Source: Bdellovibrionales bacterium (lineage in GTDB: Bacteria > Bdellovibrionota > Bdellovibrionia > Bdellovibrionales > UBA1609). Taken from it: a stretch of 64,000 bases of DNA. A program made the position numbers and the translations under genes. The first letter of the stretch is position 1; each line of letters begins with the position of its first letter. The stretch spans positions 768,001 through 832,000 of the forward strand of contig CBDHDF010000002.1 of the NCBI GenBank assembly GCA_965261545.1, written 5' to 3'. This document shows, one piece after another, positions 51,196-60,876 of this stretch. Under the pieces are notes generated by a model. It was given only the letters and a program-made list of their open reading frames with translations, was not told where the DNA came from and ran no database searches.

Positions 51196-51922
51196 AGTTC
51201 AACCTTCTCCAATAATCATAAAGACGCTCTCGAAGATTTTCCAATCCATAAGTGGGGTTTTGAAAGTTAGAAAAACATATAATCAATTCAGCAACTCGCT
51301 CTCGACTCTCAACTCGCTTTTTCTTCTGATCCTTAGATTCATAGATTTCCCCACTCTGATTCAGAGTTATTTCATCATTATCCATTTTAAATACAATCAA
51401 CCCATTTTGATAAATAATAAGAGTCTCCCCCTTGAAGCTCACCCAAACCTCCTCGGCTTCACAGGTAAAGGAACTCCCCTTAAGAGAAATAAATTGAAAT
51501 CTCTGCCCTGCAAGCTTTGGCAAAAGACACTGACTGAGCTTCTTTTTAAGTTCAGAACTGATATCTTTAAACTTTAAATGAGTGCGAAGTTTATAGTTTG
51601 CAACAGCTCTCACTCGGGTATGAAAGGACAACTGCCCGGGCCACCTCAATTCAATTTCTAAGTTGCTACCTGAGTCCTCTGAGTCATTGGGGACAAGCCC
51701 TAGCCCTGTCATACTAATGTTGTAAACCCTCATGGTTTGTCCATGAATAAGAACCTGTGGGAGATAACCAAGGTGCCCCCAAGGAGGGTAACAGATGCGT
51801 AGCTGCCCACGTCTCTCTATATTATTGAAGGAGGCCAGTGATGCCATGGAAATCTCTGCCTCTTTATGCCTTTTGGCATAATCCAACCAAGATGTGACAA
51901 AATGGTCCATATTCCCCCACAT
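51188..51922 (-). CDS. PilZ-domain protein
   Basis: ERRGQLR (RxxxR-like) and NISMTG (D/NxSxxG) motifs; start uncertain. Confidence 0.72.
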   Translation of the reverse strand: MWGNMDHFVTSWLDYAKRHKEAEISMASLASFNNIERRGQLRICYPPWGHLGYLPQVLIHGQTMRVYNISMTGLGLVPNDSEDSGSNLEIELRWPGQLSFHTRVRAVANYKLRTHLKFKDISSELKKKLSQCLLPKLAGQRFQFISLKGSSFTCEAEEVWVSFKGETLIIYQNGLIVFKMDNDEITLNQSGEIYESKDQKKKRVESRERVAELIICFSNFQNPTYGLENLRERLYDYWRRLNYA

Positions 51923-52174
51923 TTTCTTGAGTAGTTTTTTAAATAGCCTCTAGAGCCGCTTCCATCGTTCAGCTATTAACGCTTGAGGCCCAGGCTCCTC
52001 CGGCCCTTCTTATTGTCTACGAAATGAGGCCAACTGCATAGGATTTATAAACAATGGAACCTTTTGATCGGAATATTTACGTGATGCGTTATTATTTTGA
52101 CATCACCATTTCGTCAAACTATTTTGCCAGATCATAGTTGTCGAGAAAACAAAGTGTTGTAAAATGATGAGAAT

Positions 52175-54571
52175 ATGAACACAAGCTCAAAGAAAACAAC
52201 TCCGCTCTGGCAACCTCTCTGCCGGGGAGATATTGTAGATATCGTTGCTCCCGCCTCGGCGAGCACCAAAGAGGGTCTTGAAGAAGCCATTGGCTTCGTG
52301 GAAAGGTGGGGCCTTCACCCTAGGTGGCCCGCCGATATCTTTGGCCCCGATGAACTTTGTGCCAACTCCGACCAAAAGCGCTTTGAACACCTGAAAAAAG
52401 CCCTTCAGGCCAAAGATTCACAAATCCTTTGGAGCCTCCGTGGGGGTTGGGGCTCAGCTCGCCTCATGCCCATGCTCACCACTCTCAAATCCACAACACC
52501 CACAAAAATATTTATCGGCTATAGCGACATGACCACCCTTCACATGTTCTTTAACGATGCTTGGAAATGGCCCACCCTCCACAGCTCCATGCTCTACGAA
52601 TTAAGCACAGAGGAAGGAAGGCAACAAGAATCCACTGAGCTTCGAAAACTTCTTTTTGGATTTACTTCTTCTTTGGAGTACAAAAACCTTAAGCCCTTAA
52701 ACAAACTCGCTCGACAAGAGAAAATCATTCATGCTCCCATTGTAGGAGGGAATCTCACCGTACTCCAATCGAGTCTTGGTACACCATGGCAAGTTTTACC
52801 CAAGGGAAAGATTTTAGCTCTTGAAGATGTCAATGAAGAGGCCTACCGAGTGGATCGCATGCTGTTTCAATTGGAACAAGCGGGCTTTTTTAAAGGTGTT
52901 TGCGCCATTATTTTTGGAAGCTTTACTGGAGGCAAAGAAAAAAACTCATCCCTCCTCTGGAAGGTCATTAAAAACCGCTTTGCCAAAGAAGCTTCTGTTC
53001 CCATTTTAAAGGACCTGCCCTTTGGCCATGGTCCCCAGAGAAGGCCCCTCCCCCTACTCAGCACCGCCCAACTGCAACTCGGCCCTTCTTGCGCCCTCCA
53101 TGTCCAAGTTCCAATAAGCTCTGAATCTTACTCTCACAACAAAGTCCCACTATGGGCCGAGGAAAGCCCCCCCCCCCTCAAAAAGGGAGCCTCTGTTCAT
53201 TTCATGGGAATATGTGGTACAGCCATGGCAAGCCTTGCGGGTCTTTTCTTGGAACAGGGATTTCGAGTCACAGGAAGCGATCAAAATGTCTACCCTCCCA
53301 TGTCCACTCAATTGGAAAACTTAGGCATTTCTATCATGGAAGGCTACAAGGCCTCCAACCTAGATCACAACCCCGACTTGGTCATTGTAGGCAATGTCAT
53401 CTCCAAGGACTTTGAAGAAGCCCAAGCCCTCTTAAAATCAAAAATACCCTATACGAGCCTCCCCAAGGCCCTTGGAAAATTTATTATTGCCGACCGCCAC
53501 TCCGTGGTTATTTCGGGAACCCATGGAAAAACCACCACCACGGCTATGATGTCCTGGGTGGCAGAAGTCCAAGGGCGACGGCCTGGATTTCTTATAGGCG
53601 GGATTCCACACAATTTTGAAAAATCCTTTCGCCCCCCCCAAGGAAACTGGTTTGTTATTGAAGGAGATGAATACGACACCGCCTTCTTTGATAAGAATCC
53701 CAAGTTTATTTACTACCACCCTCAATATGTAATTCTCACAAGTATTGAATTTGATCACGCCGATATCTACTCCAACCTCGACGACATTAAATTAGCTTTT
53801 AAAGAACTGATACAAAGAATTCCCATGGATGGTTTGCTTGTGGCCAACTCAGATGACCCTCATGTCATGGACATCGCCCAAAACCACCCTCGCCTAGTGA
53901 CCTTTGGCCTCCATTCGGGAGATTACAGAGCCAGATGTCGAAAAGCCCTCCTAGGGCGCAATCAACTGGCTGTGGAGTACAAGGGACAAAGTCTTGGCGA
54001 TCTCGCCATCAAACTTTTTGGAAAACACAATACAATGAATGCATTGGCCACCTTGGCCCTCTCCCTTGAACTCGGTTGGAAAAAATCAAAAGTCCTCCAA
54101 GCCCTCGCTGACTTTAAGGGTGTAAAAAGACGACAGGAAGTCATCGGTGAGTTCAATGGTATCACTGTGATTGAAGACTTTGCTCACCACCCCACATCCG
54201 TTCAACTCACCATAGAAGCCATGAGAGAAGGGTATCCTCAAAGAAGACTCATCAGTATTTTTGAACCAAGGTCCACCACATCGCGAAGAAAAATCTTTCA
54301 GGATGACTATGCAAAAGCTCTTCAAGATTCGGATCTTGTTATTATTCCCCAAGTGACTGATTTTCACAGAGTTCCTAAATCTGAAAGGTTTTCCTCCGCC
54401 CAACTGGTCAAAGGCCTCAACAGGGAGGGGACTTTTTCTGTGCTCAAAGAAGACGCTCAAAGTATTGTTGAGTTTCTAACTCATGAGGTAAATCCCGGTG
54501 ATGTGGTGCTCATTATGAGCAACGGTGGCTTTGATGATATTTACACCCAACTCAACAAGGCGTTGGCTTGA
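52175..54571 (+). CDS. fused LD-carboxypeptidase (S66, LdcA) and murein peptide ligase Mpl
   Basis: N-terminal half: RGGWG, GYSDMT, GGNL, LEDVNE, FGH. C-terminal half: GICGTAM, GTHGKTTTT, EGDEYDTAFFDK, EFDHAD, DFAHHP, MSNGGF. Confidence 0.88.
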   Translation: MNTSSKKTTPLWQPLCRGDIVDIVAPASASTKEGLEEAIGFVERWGLHPRWPADIFGPDELCANSDQKRFEHLKKALQAKDSQILWSLRGGWGSARLMPMLTTLKSTTPTKIFIGYSDMTTLHMFFNDAWKWPTLHSSMLYELSTEEGRQQESTELRKLLFGFTSSLEYKNLKPLNKLARQEKIIHAPIVGGNLTVLQSSLGTPWQVLPKGKILALEDVNEEAYRVDRMLFQLEQAGFFKGVCAIIFGSFTGGKEKNSSLLWKVIKNRFAKEASVPILKDLPFGHGPQRRPLPLLSTAQLQLGPSCALHVQVPISSESYSHNKVPLWAEESPPPLKKGASVHFMGICGTAMASLAGLFLEQGFRVTGSDQNVYPPMSTQLENLGISIMEGYKASNLDHNPDLVIVGNVISKDFEEAQALLKSKIPYTSLPKALGKFIIADRHSVVISGTHGKTTTTAMMSWVAEVQGRRPGFLIGGIPHNFEKSFRPPQGNWFVIEGDEYDTAFFDKNPKFIYYHPQYVILTSIEFDHADIYSNLDDIKLAFKELIQRIPMDGLLVANSDDPHVMDIAQNHPRLVTFGLHSGDYRARCRKALLGRNQLAVEYKGQSLGDLAIKLFGKHNTMNALATLALSLELGWKKSKVLQALADFKGVKRRQEVIGEFNGITVIEDFAHHPTSVQLTIEAMREGYPQRRLISIFEPRSTTSRRKIFQDDYAKALQDSDLVIIPQVTDFHRVPKSERFSSAQLVKGLNREGTFSVLKEDAQSIVEFLTHEVNPGDVVLIMSNGGFDDIYTQLNKALA

Positions 54572-55686
54572 CTCCTCCCCCACCTTCCTTCTCTTTTGCA
54601 CCTTTAAAATCCAAAGTTGTTGTTATCGACCCTGGACACGGTCACACCCAAGAAACATTTCGCCAAGGCCCCAAGGGGGAACGGGAGGAGTGGATCAATT
54701 TGAGAGTGGCTCTTCTTCTAGAAAAATACCTGTTACAAAGGGGAGCCAAACCACTTCTCACTCGACGTACCGATGTGGATGTTCCATTGGCTCAAAGAGT
54801 TAAACTCACTCTCTCTGCAAAGGCCGACCTCTTTGTCTCCATTCATCACAATAGTTCCGACCCCGTGGACCCTCTTTTGAACCACCCCAGTGTTTTCATC
54901 CACGACGCCGTCAATAAAAGTTCTCCCAACCAAAGTCTTGCCTTTTGTCTAGGGAAGCAGTTTTCCAAGGCAAGAAAAATGGACACTTTTATCGATTCAG
55001 ATCAAATTTTGTTTAAAGAGGGCCTTTATGTTCTAAGGAGACTCCATGGACAAGTCCCTGCTATCCTAGGAGAGTACAGTTTTTTTAGTCACCCCGAAGA
55101 AGAAGAGCGCCTTCAAAGGAAAGAGTATTGTCAGCAAGAGGCCCACGCCTACTTGGTGGGCATTAAAGATTTTCTTTCTGTCCACTCTACCAACTGCTCT
55201 ATGACTTCTTCCCCTTCGCCCCTTTTTCCAGAAAGCTTGAGAACCCTTTATATGAAGCGACGACAGGCTCTTCTCACTCCTGCAACACAGACCAAGGTAG
55301 ATCAGATGAGTCCCTCTTCCAGGATTTCCCAAGATTCTCAAGTCTCCCAAACTCCTCAAAATTCTCAAGGATTTCAAGGTTCTCAAGCTTCCAATGTTTC
55401 CAAGACCTCTGTAGAGAAAATGTCAATTTCCTGGAGAAGTTATTTTGACCAAGCTCAAGAACTCGCCAAACAAGGTGATTTTTCTTTGGCTCAGCAGGAG
55501 TTTTTAAACTCCCTCGCCCTTTTAAGAAATCATCCTGAATTTCTCACAGTTTTTCAATTTTTGGCCCAACAAGGTCTGGCTCCTCTTTCCTCTGGTCCAG
55601 CTCTTCGCCACCTCGTTGCTTTTCAAGACATTCAAAATGAAGGCTTCGGAGAAAAAATTATAAAAGAAAATACAAACGACCGATAA
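54568..55686 (+). CDS. N-acetylmuramoyl-L-alanine amidase (Amidase_3) with C-terminal extension
   Basis: IDPGHG, E..NL, LFVSIHHN and PAILGE motifs; Q-x-S repeat linker. Confidence 0.85.
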   Translation: MTPPPPSFSFAPLKSKVVVIDPGHGHTQETFRQGPKGEREEWINLRVALLLEKYLLQRGAKPLLTRRTDVDVPLAQRVKLTLSAKADLFVSIHHNSSDPVDPLLNHPSVFIHDAVNKSSPNQSLAFCLGKQFSKARKMDTFIDSDQILFKEGLYVLRRLHGQVPAILGEYSFFSHPEEEERLQRKEYCQQEAHAYLVGIKDFLSVHSTNCSMTSSPSPLFPESLRTLYMKRRQALLTPATQTKVDQMSPSSRISQDSQVSQTPQNSQGFQGSQASNVSKTSVEKMSISWRSYFDQAQELAKQGDFSLAQQEFLNSLALLRNHPEFLTVFQFLAQQGLAPLSSGPALRHLVAFQDIQNEGFGEKIIKENTNDR

Positions 55687-55696
55687 GTCACTAAGC

Positions 55697-57202
55697 ATGA
55701 AACCCAAAGAACAGTGGCTCCGCCCATTTAACATATCAGAAACAAACCTAGAGCAATGGTATAAAGAGATTCCTTCAGGAACTTCACTGACCTATTGGGC
55801 TCTTGAAACTCATAAAATCTCCGAGCAAGAGTATTTCACTTGGGCCAGGGATCACTTTGCCATCCCAAGCCTCAATGAAAAAGCATCTTGTGTCACATTG
55901 AATTTTGTACTTTGGAAAGAGCTTCGCCATATCTCATATTGGTCCTGTGAAATGCTTCCCCTCGCCGAGTGGGATGGGACTATTTTTATTATTTGCATAG
56001 AGGTTCCCTCAGATATTGAGTGGGACTTTTCTGTGCAATATATTCTTGCAAGCCCTCAACAGCTTAAATATTTCTGGACCCAGTTGAACGAAATGCCCCT
56101 TACGGATACCAAAATAAAAATAGGAGAGGATATTCCATCCACCCATGATAAACCATCAAACCACTTAGAGCATTTACATCCGGTGCACTCAAAAGAAGTG
56201 ACAGTAACATCCATTGACCCCTTTAAAGAACTTCTATCAACAATGGATGAGATGGATGAGGAGGATGAAAAAGAAGTCTCCTCTTCTCAACCAGAAGAAG
56301 ACCTCTCTCTCCTCTCTCTTGCACTGCCGGAGCTTTCCGAACATGATAAACCATCAAACCACTCAGAGCATTTACATCCAGTGCACTCAAAAGAAATGAC
56401 AGCAACATCCATTGACCCCTTTAAAGAATTTCTATCAACAATGGGTAAGGAGGATGAGGTGGATGAAAAAGAAGTCTCCTCTTCTCAACCAGAAGAAGAC
56501 CTCTCTCTCCTCTCTCTTGCACTGCCGGAGCTTTCCGAACATGATAAACTATCAAACCACTCAGAGCATTTACACCCGGTACACTCAGTAGATTCAGACC
56601 ATCTAAAAAAAGAAAAGAAAGAAGCGACAGTAACATCCATTGACCCCTTTAAAGAACTTCTATCAACAATAGATGAGGCGGATGAGGCGGGTGAAAAATC
56701 CGAAAATGATCTGGATGATGCTGAGATAGATCCTAAAGAAATGCCCATCGACAGTCAATTTTTACAAACTATCTGGGAAGAGCTCAGTATGGTCTTTCAA
56801 AGTTCTCTTCTCATCAGACTCCATGAAGGTGGTCAATTTCATATTTGGACATACGAACCTGAAAAGTGGAATATCTCAAAGAAAGCGACTCGAATATCCC
56901 TCAATGTCAATAAACCCAGTGCCTTTCGAATTGCTAAGAATGGACACACATTTCATGGTCCCATGTCCACACAGAATCCCATTCACAAAGAATTCTTCCG
57001 CCTATGTGGACTTACAAACCCATCGGAGCATGTCACGATTATTCCCCTCCACAGTAACAGTAATACGAATCCAACAAATATCCTGGGCTTCCTCTTCGCC
57101 ATGGGAGACACTCCAGACAATCACGACAAAGCCCTAAAAATTGCTGAAGAATGCAGTACCAAGATATCTGATCATGTCACACATCACTTTGATGCCGCCT
57201 AA
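55697..57202 (+). CDS. hypothetical protein with acidic 66-aa internal repeats
   Basis: 501-aa ORF with a repeated HDKPSNHxEHLHPVHS...SIDPFKE unit. Confidence 0.75.
   Translation: MKPKEQWLRPFNISETNLEQWYKEIPSGTSLTYWALETHKISEQEYFTWARDHFAIPSLNEKASCVTLNFVLWKELRHISYWSCEMLPLAEWDGTIFIICIEVPSDIEWDFSVQYILASPQQLKYFWTQLNEMPLTDTKIKIGEDIPSTHDKPSNHLEHLHPVHSKEVTVTSIDPFKELLSTMDEMDEEDEKEVSSSQPEEDLSLLSLALPELSEHDKPSNHSEHLHPVHSKEMTATSIDPFKEFLSTMGKEDEVDEKEVSSSQPEEDLSLLSLALPELSEHDKLSNHSEHLHPVHSVDSDHLKKEKKEATVTSIDPFKELLSTIDEADEAGEKSENDLDDAEIDPKEMPIDSQFLQTIWEELSMVFQSSLLIRLHEGGQFHIWTYEPEKWNISKKATRISLNVNKPSAFRIAKNGHTFHGPMSTQNPIHKEFFRLCGLTNPSEHVTIIPLHSNSNTNPTNILGFLFAMGDTPDNHDKALKIAEECSTKISDHVTHHFDAA
56144..56690 (+). 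repeat. 198-bp intragenic tandem repeat (two full units plus a partial third)
   Basis: Units start at 56144, 56342 and 56540 (CATGATAAAC...). Confidence 0.92.
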
Positions 57203-57253
57203 GAGCCAAGCACAAATATAGTGGACCCCATTTCCAGACAAAATGAGGTGTTT

Positions 57254-58822
57254 CGTATTGACTCATTTAAAAAGGTAACCGAAACGGCACGAAATGACTC
57301 ACTGAGTTGCTGGCTGTTGCTGTTTATTTTTAACCTTTTCGGAAGCTAATGTAAAAAGTTAAGGGGTGGAGTTCCCCACACATCAAAACTGGAAAGAACT
57401 ACATAAATAATCGTCATCTTGGTTGGAAAAAAATCAGCAATGGCTCTCTCAAAAAAATGGAAATTCCAATCTCATCAAAGGGTTCATGTGTTTAGGTTCC
57501 CATACTATATTACCCCCTTCTTTTAAACTTGGGATCTTCGAGAAATACCGCCTTTATACCACTCTGAGAAGGCTTTCTTGGCTTACTTTTTCCTTCAGCT
57601 CTTTGAGCTTAACTTCAAGCCCCAGCCGTAAATGAAAAGGGTTGAGTTTCTTTTTCTGAGATTTTAACAAATCCTTCTTTTCTTCTGAAATGTGTGGTGA
57701 TTGGATAACTCTATCATAGGGTGTTTTAGGGGCATCAAATATTTTTCGAATTTTCCCATCAATTCGATTCTTAACCACTAGCTTCATTGTAGGTACAAAG
57801 TAGTTTTGAAGAGGGTTCCAGTAGTTGACATAAATATCATTCATAAGATCAATGAGATCTGGATCATCGAATCGCTCATAGCCAAAGAGCCTTCGTACAT
57901 GAGTGAGATTTTTTTGCTCGACATGGCAATTATCATTTTTTTGATAAGGACGAGAACGATAAAAACACACTGGGTTGTCTCTTTGAACAAAATATCCAAA
58001 TAGCTCTTTATTGATAAACTCCGAGCCACAATCAGATTTAAAGCCAGTTATTTCAAAGGGGAAAGACTCCTCAATACTTCTCATCGCTTCTTTTGTGGCT
58101 AACATTCCTTTTTGCCATAGGGCTCTGTTGGATGTCCAAGTCGAAGCTAAATCTGTGACCGTTAAAGTGTGGGCATAAGACCCTGCAATATTATCTCCAC
58201 AGTGAGCCACCGTATCTCCAGTCACAAAGCCAGGCTCCTGATGACTGTCGTCAGCTTGAATAGGTATTCTAGACTTAAACCAGCACTTAGAAGGCGTTGT
58301 TGTTGAAATGCTATTAACTTTTCTTTCAGAACGTAAAGCTCTATCAATGGTAGAAGCACTTATTTCTAAAAGCTGGGCTCTAGCGTCGTCTGTGAGGGGT
58401 TTTTCGTAGTGTTCAAGCCACTCTGGAATCGCTGCTTTTAATCGCTTAGAACAAATCTTACCTATCGCAAGCCATAGGGTCCTAAGGTGACCTAGTGTCT
58501 CTTGGGTGTACTTAGGCTTTCTACCTCGTTTTGCTATGGGAAGGGTAAGTTGGCCATTCAGTAGCCTTATGGCATATTTCCGGTTATAACCACAAATAGT
58601 ACAAAACTCAGTTAAAATAATTTTTTTCTCGCTTTTGGACGATTTTTGGTAGCGCTCAAGAATAGCCATTAAATATTGCTTTTTTGCCGAGTGGCTCATA
58701 ATTCCCCCTTAATGTGTCGTTTTGGTACAACAACCAGTCTAGGGTAAGATATTTATGAGTCATTCGGTGATTTCCTAAAAATATCGCACCGAGCAAAGTT
58801 ACCTTTATTGTGAGTCAATGCG
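57254..58822 (-). mobile_element. intact IS element (rve-type DDE, same family as 15066-29450; 1569 bp)
   Basis: IRs CGTATTGACTCATTTAAAAAGGTAAC and GTTACCTTTATTGTGAGTCAATGCG; 4-bp duplication GTTT (57250-57253, 58823-58826). Confidence 0.88.
57554..58699 (-). CDS. DDE transposase (integrase core domain)
   Basis: DTVAHCG, SDCGSEF, RSRPYQKNDNCHVEQKN and KTPYDR motifs. Confidence 0.9.
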   Translation of the reverse strand: MSHSAKKQYLMAILERYQKSSKSEKKIILTEFCTICGYNRKYAIRLLNGQLTLPIAKRGRKPKYTQETLGHLRTLWLAIGKICSKRLKAAIPEWLEHYEKPLTDDARAQLLEISASTIDRALRSERKVNSISTTTPSKCWFKSRIPIQADDSHQEPGFVTGDTVAHCGDNIAGSYAHTLTVTDLASTWTSNRALWQKGMLATKEAMRSIEESFPFEITGFKSDCGSEFINKELFGYFVQRDNPVCFYRSRPYQKNDNCHVEQKNLTHVRRLFGYERFDDPDLIDLMNDIYVNYWNPLQNYFVPTMKLVVKNRIDGKIRKIFDAPKTPYDRVIQSPHISEEKKDLLKSQKKKLNPFHLRLGLEVKLKELKEKVSQESLLRVV

Positions 58823-59019
58823 GTTTTAATGTGATGCGTCTTGGTGTCGTTATTTTTGAGGCAATTCGATTATTCGATGCAGAATAGTGATGGATTGGCT
58901 AAAAAGGCTTTTCAAATAGCTCCTGAACTGTTACGAGAAAGAGTGACATTCCAAACATTTACAAATGTATACACGCATCTCAGGTCATGCATACACATAC
59001 ATATACACACTAGGTACTT

Positions 59020-60876
59020 GTGAAATTCAGTGAACTCAATTTACATACATCTTTAAATGAGGCTATTGAAAGCCAGAAATTTGTAGACTGTACTCCCATT
59101 CAAGAAATCATTATCCCCCATGTTCTCCATGGGCAAGATGTGGCAGGTCTTGCTCAAACGGGAACGGGTAAGACGGCGGCTTACCTTCTGCCTCTTATGG
59201 AGAGAATCCTCCAATCTCGTGAAAAGGCTCACGAGGCCAATGGTGAAGTGAGTGGTGAAGCCAAAACTGAAGTCAGCGGACAAAATGAAAGTCCTTCACC
59301 CTCCTTGACACCTTTTCCAAACTGGAAGGCATCAGAGTACATTTTGGTTCTTGTTCCCACGCGAGAACTGGCGGAACAGGTTTTTGAAAACTGTAATCTT
59401 TTTGGTAAGTTTGCAAATATGCAATCGGTGGCCATTTATGGGGGAACTTCCTATGAGCCTCAAAAAAAGGCTCTGTCCGCAGGAGTTCAGTTTGTTATTG
59501 CCACACCTGGTCGACTTATTGATTTATACAAGGAACATGTCATTGATCTCAAACAAGTTCGTGCCATCGTGTTTGATGAGGCCGACCGGATGTTTGATAT
59601 GGGCTTTAAGGAGGACGCCAAGTATGTATTGCGGCGCATTCCAGACCATCGACAATTTCTTGTTTTCAGTGCCACACTCAATTTTGATGTTCTCAATATG
59701 GCCTATCAATTTGGTTCCAATCCCATTGAAGTCAATGTTAGTAAAGATCGTCCCAAAGCTGATCAGGTCACCGATGTTATCTTTCATGTTGGTCAAAGTG
59801 AAAAACCCCAATATCTGTTATCACTATTAAAGAAGCATGCTCCCCAGCAGGCTATTATTTTTAATAATTTTAAGAGCCGAGTTGAACGCCTTGCTGTTTT
59901 TTTAACTCGCAACAATATTCCTGCCATGGGAATTTCAAGTCTCCTTACCCAAGCTCATAGAAATCGTGTCATGGAGCAGTTTAAATCTGAAAATAACCAG
60001 AATATTTTAGTAGCAACCGATGTTGCAGCCCGTGGCTTAGATATCAAAAATGTAGATATGGTGATTAATATGGATCTTCCAGAGGATCCTGAGAACTATG
60101 TGCACCGTATTGGACGCACGGGACGCGCAGGAGCTAAGGGGGTGGCTTTTAGCCTTGTCAGTGACCGTGATGTTATAAGCCTTGGTCGAATTGAAGAATA
60201 CCTCGGCCATAAAGTCACTGTGAATTGGGTGGAAGACAATGAATTGTTCACGGAATTTAAACCCTATCCTAAGGAGTCTGAAGTCACTCCCCCTCGCATT
60301 CAAAGTTTTTCCAGTGGTAACCCCACCAGTAGAAAAAAAACTAGGGGACGACCCAGATCATCTTCACCTACTTCCACTGGTGGTCGTGGTCGAAAGTCTT
60401 TCAGGTCTTCGGCTTCGGCTCATTCAGCCACTTCAACCACTTCGACAAAGAATTCAGCCCCCTCCTCTTCCATCCAAGATATGCAAAATATGTCTGAAAA
60501 AAGTACTTCCACCCATAGAGATCGCCGAATGGGACGTCATAAAAAAAATGAAAAAGTCTCAACTTCTTCCTCATCATCTTCATCTGCCTTGAACTCAAAC
60601 TTCAAGGAACGAAAAACCGAGGAAGCTAAAAATCAAAGGAGGAACTCTAACAATGACAGTTCTAGTAAGAAAATATCTTCAACCTTAAAAAGCAAAGAGG
60701 CGCAAAATAGTTCCCAAGGAAAGAAAAAAACCACTAAAAAAAGAAAAAAGGTTTATAGCTACAGAAGCCAAAACAAAAAATATTCACATCAACTTTCCTC
60801 TCAAAATTCATCCTCCAAATCATCTCAGCCTATTGGCCAAAAAGTATCTGGATGGGTTAAAAAGTTGTTTTCATAA
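59020..60876 (+). CDS. DEAD-box RNA helicase with long basic C-terminal tail
   Basis: AQTGTGKT, PTRELA, TPGRL, DEAD, SAT and HRIGRTGR motifs. Confidence 0.95.
   Translation: MKFSELNLHTSLNEAIESQKFVDCTPIQEIIIPHVLHGQDVAGLAQTGTGKTAAYLLPLMERILQSREKAHEANGEVSGEAKTEVSGQNESPSPSLTPFPNWKASEYILVLVPTRELAEQVFENCNLFGKFANMQSVAIYGGTSYEPQKKALSAGVQFVIATPGRLIDLYKEHVIDLKQVRAIVFDEADRMFDMGFKEDAKYVLRRIPDHRQFLVFSATLNFDVLNMAYQFGSNPIEVNVSKDRPKADQVTDVIFHVGQSEKPQYLLSLLKKHAPQQAIIFNNFKSRVERLAVFLTRNNIPAMGISSLLTQAHRNRVMEQFKSENNQNILVATDVAARGLDIKNVDMVINMDLPEDPENYVHRIGRTGRAGAKGVAFSLVSDRDVISLGRIEEYLGHKVTVNWVEDNELFTEFKPYPKESEVTPPRIQSFSSGNPTSRKKTRGRPRSSSPTSTGGRGRKSFRSSASAHSATSTTSTKNSAPSSSIQDMQNMSEKSTSTHRDRRMGRHKKNEKVSTSSSSSSSALNSNFKERKTEEAKNQRRNSNNDSSSKKISSTLKSKEAQNSSQGKKKTTKKRKKVYSYRSQNKKYSHQLSSQNSSSKSSQPIGQKVSGWVKKLFS

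Noticed and set aside
57325..57365. Hairpin downstream of the transposase as a guide or bridge-type RNA
   Set aside because: Short, AT-rich, imperfect stem; the enzyme is a DDE transposase with IRs and a target duplication, with no evidence for RNA guidance.
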